A stretch of DNA of 64,000 nt from a virus. The position numbers were made by a program, and so were the translations under genes. Shown in pieces: positions 28,110-37,577 of the stretch (positions are counted from its first letter, which is position 1; the number at the start of each line of letters is the position of its first letter). Location: the IMG/VR virus record IMGVR_UViG_3300002835_000047, positions 1 through 64,000 of that record. One strand, given 5' to 3'. The notes under the pieces are model-generated. The model did not search any database and was not told the DNA's origin. It worked only from the letters and a program-made list of their open reading frames with translations.

Positions 28110-28673
28110 ATGGCTTGTAATTGTAGTAAATGTAATCCTTCCGGATCTTGTGGATGCAGCGATACAGCTTTGCACACACCCTGCTTTTATACTGAGTGCA
28201 CTGTTGGTAATGAAAGATGCAGTGAAATTAGTTGTGCTGAATGTGTAAGTTATTGTGGTACCGGATTTAGAATTGTAAGTGGAAATAATATTTTTCAGGT
28301 TAACCCTGGGGATAGATATGACATGATTCTTCAGAAACTATCTTTAATGATAGTTAATGGTTTTGGTGCTTGTAATGCTGATAATTTGCATCATGCACCT
28401 TACAATTTGTATGCTAAAAATATAACAAATACAGCTGCAGCTATTTTGTGGAATAATGAATCCTCACTTTCAACCGGTATTAGCATTTATTATAATACTT
28501 TGACAGGTACTGGTCCATGGATTTTGGCAAATAGTATTCCAGTTGCCCCTGCGGTTTTAAAATATGAGTTGAAGAATCTTACACCAAATACAAATTACAA
28601 GATTAAACTCGTATCTCTTTACCAGAATAGTCCTTGTGATAGTGTTGAAATTTTAATTAAAACTTTAGTTTAA
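28110..28673 (+). CDS. Cys-rich protein with a C-terminal fibronectin type III-like domain
   Basis: N-terminal CNCSKC...CGC. The C-terminal NITNTAAAILW...LKNLTPNTNYKIKLVS matches the FN3 L-x-P-x-T-x-Y pattern. Confidence 0.75.
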   Translation: MACNCSKCNPSGSCGCSDTALHTPCFYTECTVGNERCSEISCAECVSYCGTGFRIVSGNNIFQVNPGDRYDMILQKLSLMIVNGFGACNADNLHHAPYNLYAKNITNTAAAILWNNESSLSTGISIYYNTLTGTGPWILANSIPVAPAVLKYELKNLTPNTNYKIKLVSLYQNSPCDSVEILIKTLV

Positions 28674-28679
28674 GATATA

Positions 28680-28754
28680 CAACGTTTGATAGTTTGTTGG
28701 TTTTCTATCTATATGTTGGGGGAGGTCCTGTTTAAACACAGGGCCTCTTTTTTT
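28680..28754 (+). ncRNA. Candidate 3'UTR-derived small RNA (loop-presenting hairpin plus terminator)
   Basis: GATAG/CTATC stem (28688-28692/28705-28709) closing the loop TTTGTTGGTTTT, outer CAAC/GTTG pairing, then the terminator hairpin. Confidence 0.3.
28722..28754 (+). terminator. Rho-independent terminator
   Basis: GAGGTCCTG-tttaaaca-CAGGGCCTC followed by a T-run. Confidence 0.85.
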
Positions 28755-28795
28755 AAAAACTATTTTATATTTACATTTAACTTTAAACCGAATTT

Positions 28796-29974
28796 ATGAA
28801 CAATTTAGAAAAAAGAGTGGCACGATCCTTTAAATGGAAGAAAAATCCAGCTTATTGTGCTAATCAATTGGGGATTTCGGAAGATGAATACATAAAGATT
28901 GCCAAAAGAATAAAACAAGTTGGTGATAGTAAGGACCTTTTAAATCATTATAATTTAGACAAAGGTGAGGCAAAAATAGAAGCTATTGTTAATTATGAAC
29001 CAAAGTCTGCAGATGAAATTATAAAGATTTTAAAAATTGATACCAATGAATGGAAGCTTTCGTCTTATTGGAATAAACAAATGGAGAAGGGCTGGCGTGT
29101 ATCGGCATTAATTACAAAAGTCAAAGAAAAAGATGAGCATAAACTTTTTAAAAATCTATTAGATAACTGGCAACCTAAAAAGAATTATATCAGTCCAATT
29201 AAAAGATCACCTACAACAAAACCTGTTGTTTGTGGTATTTTATCCTTACAAGATATACATTTTGGTAAAGCCGGGAATAACACAATTGATATAGATTTTG
29301 AATCAGCAATCCAGGATCTTATAGAAAGAGCCTCTATGTCTCACCACATAGAGGTTTTGTATTTTGTAATAGGTGGTGATTTAATTAATATGGACACATT
29401 TGGAGGATCAACAACATCGGGTACTCCATTGGATAATTCTATGACAGCTACAGATGCTTATGTTCAAGCTTTTGACTGTATGCATTGGGCCGTTGTTAAT
29501 TTATCTAACTACTGTGATAAACTCCAAGTGGTTTATTTGCCTGGTAATCACGATAGGCTTTCATCATTTCATTTGGCACATGCTTTGTCCAAATCAATAC
29601 ATAGTGAGAATATTGAGTGGGATGTTGAATACGCTGAAAGAAAAGCCTATGCATGGGGTGAAAATTTCAATGCTTTTGAGCATGGTGATGTTAGATCAAA
29701 AAGTACACCTCTAGTGTATGCTACAGAATTTCCTTATTTGTGGGGCCACACTAAATTTAGAACTTTGTTTACCGGTCATTATCATCAAAACAGAAAAGTT
29801 GAGTATTTAACTTCATCTGAAGAAGTGGGGTTTGTTCATAAGACGCTGCCCAGTTTATGCAAAATTGATTACTTTCATTATCATAATAAGTTTATTGGAA
29901 ATAGACGATCTGCTGTTCTTGAACTGCAATCTTTTTCAAAAGGGACTATTTGTGAACTAGTTTATTCTATATAA
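28796..29974 (+). CDS. Calcineurin-like metallophosphoesterase (Mre11/SbcD-like fold)
   Basis: Motifs QDIHFG, GGDLIN, PGNHD, FEHGD and TGHYH. Confidence 0.88.
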   Translation: MNNLEKRVARSFKWKKNPAYCANQLGISEDEYIKIAKRIKQVGDSKDLLNHYNLDKGEAKIEAIVNYEPKSADEIIKILKIDTNEWKLSSYWNKQMEKGWRVSALITKVKEKDEHKLFKNLLDNWQPKKNYISPIKRSPTTKPVVCGILSLQDIHFGKAGNNTIDIDFESAIQDLIERASMSHHIEVLYFVIGGDLINMDTFGGSTTSGTPLDNSMTATDAYVQAFDCMHWAVVNLSNYCDKLQVVYLPGNHDRLSSFHLAHALSKSIHSENIEWDVEYAERKAYAWGENFNAFEHGDVRSKSTPLVYATEFPYLWGHTKFRTLFTGHYHQNRKVEYLTSSEEVGFVHKTLPSLCKIDYFHYHNKFIGNRRSAVLELQSFSKGTICELVYSI

Positions 29975-30024
29975 ATATTTTTTTAAATCACTTATTTTTT
30001 GTAAATTATAAATGATACTGTACT

Positions 30025-30564
30025 ATGACTGAGTTTAAAGCCCCCGACTTAAATGCCCCTAGATATAGAGATAAAAAGCTTGGAATTCTAAATGCAAAAA
30101 CAATAAACGAATTTAAGCTTAAGCATCCTATGTACAAAAATATAGAGAATAGTAAACTGAAGAGTATAATTAAGATATTTAACAGAAAAATGTGGGAGGG
30201 CGTTATTAAGTACAGAGATGGGGTTGAGTTACCTGAATCATTGGGTTTTTTATTTATAGGTACATGTAGTCCAAGCAAATCTGTAAACACTAACTATGCT
30301 TTGTCAAAGCAATATGGCAAAGTAATTCAAAACAAAAATTGGGATACAGATGGCAATTTAGGTAAAATCTTTTATACGAATTGGTCAACCAAATATAAAT
30401 TTAAAAATAGAGAATTATGGAAATTTGAAGCAGTTAGGGATTTTAAAAGAGCTTTTTCAAAAGAATATCCAATCAATTGGACTAAGTATATTTTTATGAA
30501 AAACAAGTATAGGGTGGCTCATTTGTACTCTCCTAAAATGTTAAAGTCTTTTGGTGGAGTTTAA
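30025..30564 (+). CDS. IHF/HU-like DNA-binding protein (crAss tail-block conserved)
   Basis: KLKSIIKIFNRKMWEGVIKYRDGVELPESLGFLFIG; lies at the start of the crAss tail block. Confidence 0.7.
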   Translation: MTEFKAPDLNAPRYRDKKLGILNAKTINEFKLKHPMYKNIENSKLKSIIKIFNRKMWEGVIKYRDGVELPESLGFLFIGTCSPSKSVNTNYALSKQYGKVIQNKNWDTDGNLGKIFYTNWSTKYKFKNRELWKFEAVRDFKRAFSKEYPINWTKYIFMKNKYRVAHLYSPKMLKSFGGV

Positions 30565-30576
30565 AATTAATAAATT

Positions 30577-31245
30577 ATGGCAATTATAGCAGAAGTAATA
30601 TCTAGAATTAGAGGACAGGCAAAAGCATATAACCAAGATGCGTTTGTTACAGATAGATATATATATAGTCTTGTTCAAAAGTTTTCTCAAGTTTTAATGC
30701 GCCGGCAAGATAGCGCAAACAAACTAATGAAATTTAATTCAATATGGAAGTCTCTTCCGTATGTTGAACTAATAGAGGTTGATCGGATTGAGGCCCAATG
30801 TTCAGGTCTTAAAAGTGACTGTACATTTATGAGGACAAAGGAAGAACTTCCTACTATGATTGAGGGTTTTTGGGGACCACTTATTAGGAGTGTTTCTTCA
30901 ATTGATGGTTCACAAGTGTTGCAACCAATTCAACCTAGTATATACTTATCAATGGAAGGTACAACGTCATTTAGGTATAATAAGACAAAGTATTTTTGGT
31001 TTATTGATCACCATTTATATTTTCCAAATTTAGAATGGAATGCTGTAAAAATTGAAGCTGTTTTTGATTCTGATATATCTAATTGGCAGTGTGATAATAA
31101 GTGCGTTCCTCATTATGATCAAGACATTAATATTCCAGAATTTTTATTGGCTGAGGTTGAAGCTCAAGTTTTGAATATTATGACAAATACAATAAAGATT
31201 CCTTCTGATAATGCTGATAATAAAATTAATATACACAGATCATGA
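30577..31245 (+). CDS. Putative tail ring/tubular protein
   Basis: 222 aa with KYFWFIDHHLYFPN; synteny upstream of the muzzle gene. Confidence 0.7.
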   Translation: MAIIAEVISRIRGQAKAYNQDAFVTDRYIYSLVQKFSQVLMRRQDSANKLMKFNSIWKSLPYVELIEVDRIEAQCSGLKSDCTFMRTKEELPTMIEGFWGPLIRSVSSIDGSQVLQPIQPSIYLSMEGTTSFRYNKTKYFWFIDHHLYFPNLEWNAVKIEAVFDSDISNWQCDNKCVPHYDQDINIPEFLLAEVEAQVLNIMTNTIKIPSDNADNKINIHRS

Positions 31246-32129
31246 GTATTTCACATAAATATAAAACATTTGATCAGTTATACAATGATGTAATTGTAGA
31301 CTTTGCAACTTACAATATTGAAGGTTTTATTGATCCGGCGCAATTAATTAAAGTTGCAGCAAGAGTAAACTATGATCTTGGCCTTAGGATTAATAGAACT
31401 AAAGAAGTTGTTTTAGATATAGAACATGGTAAATCAAGATTGCCTTATGATTTTGCTTATTTGAACTATACGTTCAGATGTGGTACTTATACTATAGCTG
31501 ATAGGCTTCCATCTGGCACACATGTTCAAACATTTAATGATGTTCCGTATGTTCCTTCACCTGGTACATCTGGACCTTGTAATGATCCAACTTGCACTGA
31601 TGTTTGCGTCATTAAAACTTGTCAAGATAAAAATGAATATCAGTTAGTTCAGAAACTTAAAGCTCCTGACAGTTATAGAGTATTTACAAGTTTTACGCCA
31701 CTTAGAATAAAAACTGTAAATAAATACACATGTGATTGCCCTAATGTTAATGAACAAGCACATGATATTGCTGAAATAAAAGACGGTTTTATTTTAACTA
31801 CTTTTGAAACAGGAAAAGTTTATTTAAATTATCAAAGTAGTATGGAAGATTACGATGGTAATCTTTTAGTTTTAGATCATCCATATTGCAATGAATATTA
31901 TGAATATGCTTTAAAGCAAAGAATAGTTGAAAATATGATTTTTGCAGGTGAGAATGTAACTAATCAACTTACACTCATTGACCAGAGACTTAGGGCTTCT
32001 AGAAATAATGCACTTAGTTTTGTTAACACACCTAATTTTAAAGAACTACAAGAAGTTTGGATGTTGAATAGAAAAGCTCAATATCACAAATATTATAATA
32101 TGTTTAGGAGTTATCCTGTAAGAAACTAA
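31242..32129 (+). CDS. Putative tail ring/tubular protein
   Basis: 295 aa with TGKVYLNY...GNLLVLDHPYCNEYYEYALKQRI; ATGA overlap; synteny. Confidence 0.7.
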   Translation: MSISHKYKTFDQLYNDVIVDFATYNIEGFIDPAQLIKVAARVNYDLGLRINRTKEVVLDIEHGKSRLPYDFAYLNYTFRCGTYTIADRLPSGTHVQTFNDVPYVPSPGTSGPCNDPTCTDVCVIKTCQDKNEYQLVQKLKAPDSYRVFTSFTPLRIKTVNKYTCDCPNVNEQAHDIAEIKDGFILTTFETGKVYLNYQSSMEDYDGNLLVLDHPYCNEYYEYALKQRIVENMIFAGENVTNQLTLIDQRLRASRNNALSFVNTPNFKELQEVWMLNRKAQYHKYYNMFRSYPVRN

Positions 32130-32132
32130 GAA

Positions 32133-35100
32133 ATGGCAAAACAACAGTCTACAAATTCATCCGGTGCTTATACTAACGCCTTTACAAAAGGCATGCTTAA
32201 GGATATAAGCGGATCTTTTGAACCAAATAGTAATTGGTCGCATGCTAGAAATGTAATTTTAAATTCTATTGATGGCGACTTTGGAACTATAGGTAATGAA
32301 CCTGCAACTTTAGCTTGTGGTGTAGTTCCCTATACTATTATTGGTTTTATTCACAAAAGAGCTGACCAGTGGTATGTTTTTTCAACTGATGACATTTCTT
32401 CAGAAATTGGTTTTTATGATGAGAGTACTTGTGCTTATACTACTATTGTAAATGCACCGTGTTTAAACTTTAACCGGAAGTATTTAATAACAGGAGCTGC
32501 AAAAGAAAATTTTGATTGCACTTGGCAAATTTATTTTGATGATTCCAATAATCCATCTAGAACACTAAATGTTGATAATATTCCTTGGGTTAAAAGAGAT
32601 GTTTCAATACCCGGGGATACTTGTAAGATTTATGAAGATACTACAGTTTTAGATTGTGAAAAATTAAGACTGGCTCCTTTACTAAACACTCCATGTTTAA
32701 CGCTAACTAAAGCAACTGATGGAGGACTACTTAGAAATGGTATGTACCAAGCGTTTATTGCGTACATGGATAATGATGTTGTTGTTACAGATTATATTGG
32801 AATTTCAAACATTCAGAGTTTATTTGATCATAATTCAAATTCTGGTTCTTTAAGTATTGAGTTAAAAAATTTAGATCAAAATTTTGATAATTACCAACTT
32901 GTAATTTTGTCAAACAATCAGCAACAGTTTGTAGCAAAAAAAGTTGGGAAATACAGTACTCAGCAATCTAAGGTTACAATTGACTTTATTGACCCAGCTT
33001 TAGAGTCTGTTCCTTTATCTTCACTTTTTATTAGAAAGCCTGCATATGAAAAGTCAGATGCAATGTATGTTGTAAATGACTATTTAATACGGAAAGGTCC
33101 TACAGAACAATTTGATTTTAATTATCAACCTTTAGCAAATAAAATTAAAGCTAACTGGGTTGTTGCTGAATATCCTGCTGATTATTATTACAATAGCGGT
33201 AATAAAACTTCATTTATGCGTGATGAAGTATATTCATTTTTTATAAGATGGATTTACAATACCGGTGAAAAAAGTAAGTCTTATCATATTCCAGGTAGGT
33301 ATCCAAAAGTAAATGGTACAAATCAGTATAATGAAGTTATTAATGAAACAGCTCAGGTTAGTTCTATAAATTCTATTAAGGGACCAAACTATAACTTTGA
33401 AATTTACGACACATCTACAGTTCTAACAGTTGCTGCAACTAACTTACCTGATGGTGGAAGAATTATTGGTTCTGGTGAAATGGGCTATTGGCAATCAACT
33501 GAAAGATACCCATCCACAAATCCTGAGATCTGGAATTCCACATATGTTAGTTCATCAGGTGTAAACATTGGTGGTACAACAAATACACAATTTGATTTGT
33601 GCGGTAAACCAATTAGGCATCACAAAATGCCCACGGAAGAAAGAAGTCCGGTTTTAAGATTATATGATGACACCACTGATTCAATAAGAATTTTGGGAGT
33701 TAAGTTTTCAGATATTGAACGTCCTAAATTTAATGATGGTACATATATTCCTAATATTATAGGTTATGAAATTTTAAGAGGTTCTAGAGAAGGGGCTAAA
33801 TCTATTTTAGCAAAGGGTGTATTTAGAAACATGCGCAAGTACACTATTCCTAATAGTACCGGTAATCTACAAGGTCTTTATCCAAACTATCCATATAATG
33901 ATTTAAGATCTGATATTTACTTTCATGATGGAACTAATGGGCAAGCTCCTGCGAAAAGAACAGACGGTTGTGATTCTTTAACTGATTCAATTAATAATTA
34001 CCAACCATTAAAGGGTTTTACAAAAAATGTTTTTACATTTCATTCTCCGGAATTAATGTTTAAAGATCTTTACTTAAATGCAAGTGAAGCTCGTTTATAT
34101 GGTGATCTAAGTGGTATAGCGCAAGGTACTTTTGTTAAGTCTGAAAAACACCCTCAGTTTAAATTGTTGAGGAACGTTGCTGCAGTTCTTGCTGGAATTT
34201 TAGGTATTGGTTATGCAGTTAATGCAATTAATGGATTTAGAAAGACAAAAATAAATTATGGGTATGCTGATAGTAGTGCTGAAGGTTTTACTTTTTCTGG
34301 TCCTGCTGGTAGCACTCCTGGTGTAAATTATTTACCCAATAAAGGAGCTCAAGCTGCAGCAATAGCCACTCAAGCAAACACTTATTTGTTAGGGTTAGTC
34401 GCAGATGATGGCCCGGCTCTTACTATTGCTCTCCCGTTGCTTGGCGGGAACAATGGTAGAAGTCTGCTTAATGCAACTCAGGCTGGTATTCAAGCTCAAA
34501 TAGGAACTATTCCAATGATGGTTGGTGGCAGCATGGATAAAGAATTTGAGATAAAGGATGAAGCTGGTGGCATACCTAATTCACTTCAACTTGCCCTTGG
34601 TTGGATAACAAGTAGACAAAAAATTGCAGAGGGTGCTCAGAAAATAATTGATGTTCTTTACAATTTTGTTAAGCCATCTGACTTTGCCTATAAATATAAT
34701 TCACATGCTGATATTTTTAAGTTTCAACCAACTAGTAATGGTGAGAGATATCGGGATGAAATTCTTGATCAAAATTATATAGGTTCTTCATTTCAACTTT
34801 TTGATGGTATGTATAAGATTAATAACTTGTATAGGCCAAAAACGGTTGCTATATCTATCAAAAATGAATTCAATACTCCCCTTATTACAGACAGATCCAG
34901 GTTTGTTATAGGTGGTGAAGAAAACAACGGTAGGGTTACAGAAACTGATTTTTATTTAAAAGCGCCTGAAGTAAATAGAGTATCTGATGTTTCAATGAGA
35001 TACGGCGCTTTAAAATTTAATTTCCAAAATCAATATGGTCAATTAGAAGGAATTAAACAATCCGTTATGCGTGGTTGTATTTATTTGACTAATACATCAT

Positions 35101-37577
35101 CAGATAAATTTTCAACTGACGAAATATTTGCCGGTGACACTTATGTTGGACGCTACACTGAAAAAGTTATCATGCCTATTTTTTCAGATTTCTTATTTGG
35201 TCAACCTGATGAATATACATATGATTATCTAAAACGTGTTAACATACCTTATCCTAGATTTTGGATAAATTCTCAAAAGTTTGACACCATGAACTTAGCA
35301 AATGAAATTGCTACGTTAGGTCTTGCTAATTCACAGAATGTTACTTTACCGAATGATCTTTTTTATTTAGATAGAGGTAGTAATAGTTGTGGCGGATTAA
35401 TAAACTTTTTTTTGAACGGAGATCCTAATCCGGCTTTTGCAATGAGGTATGCATATATGTACACTCATTGTAATGGAATTTTAGATTTTTTTGTTGAATC
35501 TGAAATTAATCTAGCTCAAAGAGATTGGGAAGAAATACCTTCTGGTAGGCATTATGATTCATATAGTTATAATGATGTTGATGATTTATTTGATGCATCT
35601 ATTATAAAAAAGGATAATGTTTTCAAGTATGATTATTCTTTAAGTGCTAGCAGATTCATAACTAATTTAACATCTTTTGGAGAAATACAATCTAGAGATT
35701 ATAATCCTGAAGTTGCTGAAAAGTGTTTTAGTTATTATCCTAGCCGTTTGATATATTCATTGCAAGCTCAAAATGAAATTAAGAAGGATTTTTGGCGAGT
35801 TTTTTTACCAAATAATTATAAAGACTTTAGCCAAATAACTACAATAAAACCAATTAATCAAACCGGCGCTATTATATTCTTTCCGTATAAGTCACCCCAG
35901 TTGTTTCAAGGTGTTGATGCATTACAAACAGATTTAGGTGTAAAACTTGTAATTGGTGATGGAGGTTTATTTTCACAACCTTTGCAAAATATAACCAATT
36001 CGGATTTGTCAAATGAATACGGTTCTTGTGAAAATGCAAGATCTGTTGTTAATACACCTTATGGTTTATTTTACATTTCACAGGAACAAGGTAAGATATT
36101 CATGTATCAAAATTCTTTAGTTGACATTTCAAACTATGGAATGATTACTTGGCTTTCTAAATACTTACCTTCAATTCTTAAGAGTCAATTCCCTGAAATT
36201 GAAGACACAGTATTATATGATAATCCAGTAATTGGGATTGGTTGTCAGTCTGTATATGATATCAATTATGATATTGTTTATTTCTCTAAGAAAGACTATA
36301 GTGTAAAACCTGAGTTTAGAGAAAATATGACGTTTAATCCATTGACTAATTTATTTAGTTACACATATGAATCTGGTATATCATTGAGTGTTTCAGTGGG
36401 TGATCCTCAGTTTTTTGATGATGTTTCTTGGACTATTTCTTTTAGTCCTAAATCTAAAGCCTGGGTTTCTTTTCATGATTGGTTTCCTGAGTTATCAATT
36501 CCAAGTACTAATCATTTTTTAACCACAAAAACAACTACATTAAAACAACCATATTGCCCACCAGGTTACACATATAATATTTCTACAAACAGTTGTGAAA
36601 AGATTATTAATCAATCTTCTCCAGCTATAGTTTCTGTTCAAGAATTACCAGCAACTATAGTTGGAAATAATTGCAGTTGCCCAACTGGTTACACGATAGT
36701 TTATCCTAATACAAGTTCAACTCCTATTAGATATACTATGCCAAATGGTTTATGTTCATCTTTAGAAGGTAAAAAACCAATTTGCAGAAAAGTCACTTGC
36801 AATTGTCCACCATCTCCTGTTTCTTGGGCAACAACTACTACTACCGGTGAGTGTGATAATCTATATTTAACTGGCCCTAATGGAGATCCAAATTATGTAA
36901 ATAGTAATCCTTTAATATGTAATTACTTTACTTTAGATAGTGTTGTTCCAAGTTTAACAGGTGGTACTATTTGGAGGCATAATTATCGTTGTGATCTTTA
37001 TTCTAATTACTATAATGTAAACTATCCTTGGGAAATTGAGTTTACAGAAACTACAGGGCAAACGGTTACAACATTAAGAAATGTTGAATATCAATTAGAA
37101 TCCTATGTATATAAAGGTGACTTGCACAATGGATGCGGTGATGACAGGTGGCATGATTTAGATTTTAATTTTGATGAAGCAATTATTTATAATACAGAGC
37201 AAGTTTCTGGTTTGTTAAAACTAGAACTTAATGCTAAAGAAAATCCTTATTTAAATTTAAACTATCCTTTAATTGGACCAAATGATATAAAAATACTTTA
37301 CACTAAAGAAGAGCAGAAGTATAGATTTAATCAATTTTGGGACATAACTAAGGATCGTGGTGAATTTACAAATGCTGAGGAGCCAATCTTTATTACAAAA
37401 TTAAATGGTTATATTAAAGAATTAAATGCCGTTAATTTAGATTATCAAAAGTCTGCAGATCAAAGAAAGAAATTTAGACATTACTACAATAAAATATTTT
37501 TAAGAAAAAATGTTTCGGGTAATAGAAAAATGCTATTGAAGGTATTTAATACTAAATTTTTAAATTCGCCTAGGTAA
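32133..37577 (+). CDS. Tail stabilisation/muzzle protein (P22 gp10-like, crAss-type)
   Basis: 1814 aa with the N-terminal FTKGMLKD...WSHARN and beta-propeller-like repeats, plus motifs GDGGLF, WTISFS..WVSFHDW and RKKFRHY. Confidence 0.8.
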   Translation: MAKQQSTNSSGAYTNAFTKGMLKDISGSFEPNSNWSHARNVILNSIDGDFGTIGNEPATLACGVVPYTIIGFIHKRADQWYVFSTDDISSEIGFYDESTCAYTTIVNAPCLNFNRKYLITGAAKENFDCTWQIYFDDSNNPSRTLNVDNIPWVKRDVSIPGDTCKIYEDTTVLDCEKLRLAPLLNTPCLTLTKATDGGLLRNGMYQAFIAYMDNDVVVTDYIGISNIQSLFDHNSNSGSLSIELKNLDQNFDNYQLVILSNNQQQFVAKKVGKYSTQQSKVTIDFIDPALESVPLSSLFIRKPAYEKSDAMYVVNDYLIRKGPTEQFDFNYQPLANKIKANWVVAEYPADYYYNSGNKTSFMRDEVYSFFIRWIYNTGEKSKSYHIPGRYPKVNGTNQYNEVINETAQVSSINSIKGPNYNFEIYDTSTVLTVAATNLPDGGRIIGSGEMGYWQSTERYPSTNPEIWNSTYVSSSGVNIGGTTNTQFDLCGKPIRHHKMPTEERSPVLRLYDDTTDSIRILGVKFSDIERPKFNDGTYIPNIIGYEILRGSREGAKSILAKGVFRNMRKYTIPNSTGNLQGLYPNYPYNDLRSDIYFHDGTNGQAPAKRTDGCDSLTDSINNYQPLKGFTKNVFTFHSPELMFKDLYLNASEARLYGDLSGIAQGTFVKSEKHPQFKLLRNVAAVLAGILGIGYAVNAINGFRKTKINYGYADSSAEGFTFSGPAGSTPGVNYLPNKGAQAAAIATQANTYLLGLVADDGPALTIALPLLGGNNGRSLLNATQAGIQAQIGTIPMMVGGSMDKEFEIKDEAGGIPNSLQLALGWITSRQKIAEGAQKIIDVLYNFVKPSDFAYKYNSHADIFKFQPTSNGERYRDEILDQNYIGSSFQLFDGMYKINNLYRPKTVAISIKNEFNTPLITDRSRFVIGGEENNGRVTETDFYLKAPEVNRVSDVSMRYGALKFNFQNQYGQLEGIKQSVMRGCIYLTNTSSDKFSTDEIFAGDTYVGRYTEKVIMPIFSDFLFGQPDEYTYDYLKRVNIPYPRFWINSQKFDTMNLANEIATLGLANSQNVTLPNDLFYLDRGSNSCGGLINFFLNGDPNPAFAMRYAYMYTHCNGILDFFVESEINLAQRDWEEIPSGRHYDSYSYNDVDDLFDASIIKKDNVFKYDYSLSASRFITNLTSFGEIQSRDYNPEVAEKCFSYYPSRLIYSLQAQNEIKKDFWRVFLPNNYKDFSQITTIKPINQTGAIIFFPYKSPQLFQGVDALQTDLGVKLVIGDGGLFSQPLQNITNSDLSNEYGSCENARSVVNTPYGLFYISQEQGKIFMYQNSLVDISNYGMITWLSKYLPSILKSQFPEIEDTVLYDNPVIGIGCQSVYDINYDIVYFSKKDYSVKPEFRENMTFNPLTNLFSYTYESGISLSVSVGDPQFFDDVSWTISFSPKSKAWVSFHDWFPELSIPSTNHFLTTKTTTLKQPYCPPGYTYNISTNSCEKIINQSSPAIVSVQELPATIVGNNCSCPTGYTIVYPNTSSTPIRYTMPNGLCSSLEGKKPICRKVTCNCPPSPVSWATTTTTGECDNLYLTGPNGDPNYVNSNPLICNYFTLDSVVPSLTGGTIWRHNYRCDLYSNYYNVNYPWEIEFTETTGQTVTTLRNVEYQLESYVYKGDLHNGCGDDRWHDLDFNFDEAIIYNTEQVSGLLKLELNAKENPYLNLNYPLIGPNDIKILYTKEEQKYRFNQFWDITKDRGEFTNAEEPIFITKLNGYIKELNAVNLDYQKSADQRKKFRHYYNKIFLRKNVSGNRKMLLKVFNTKFLNSPR

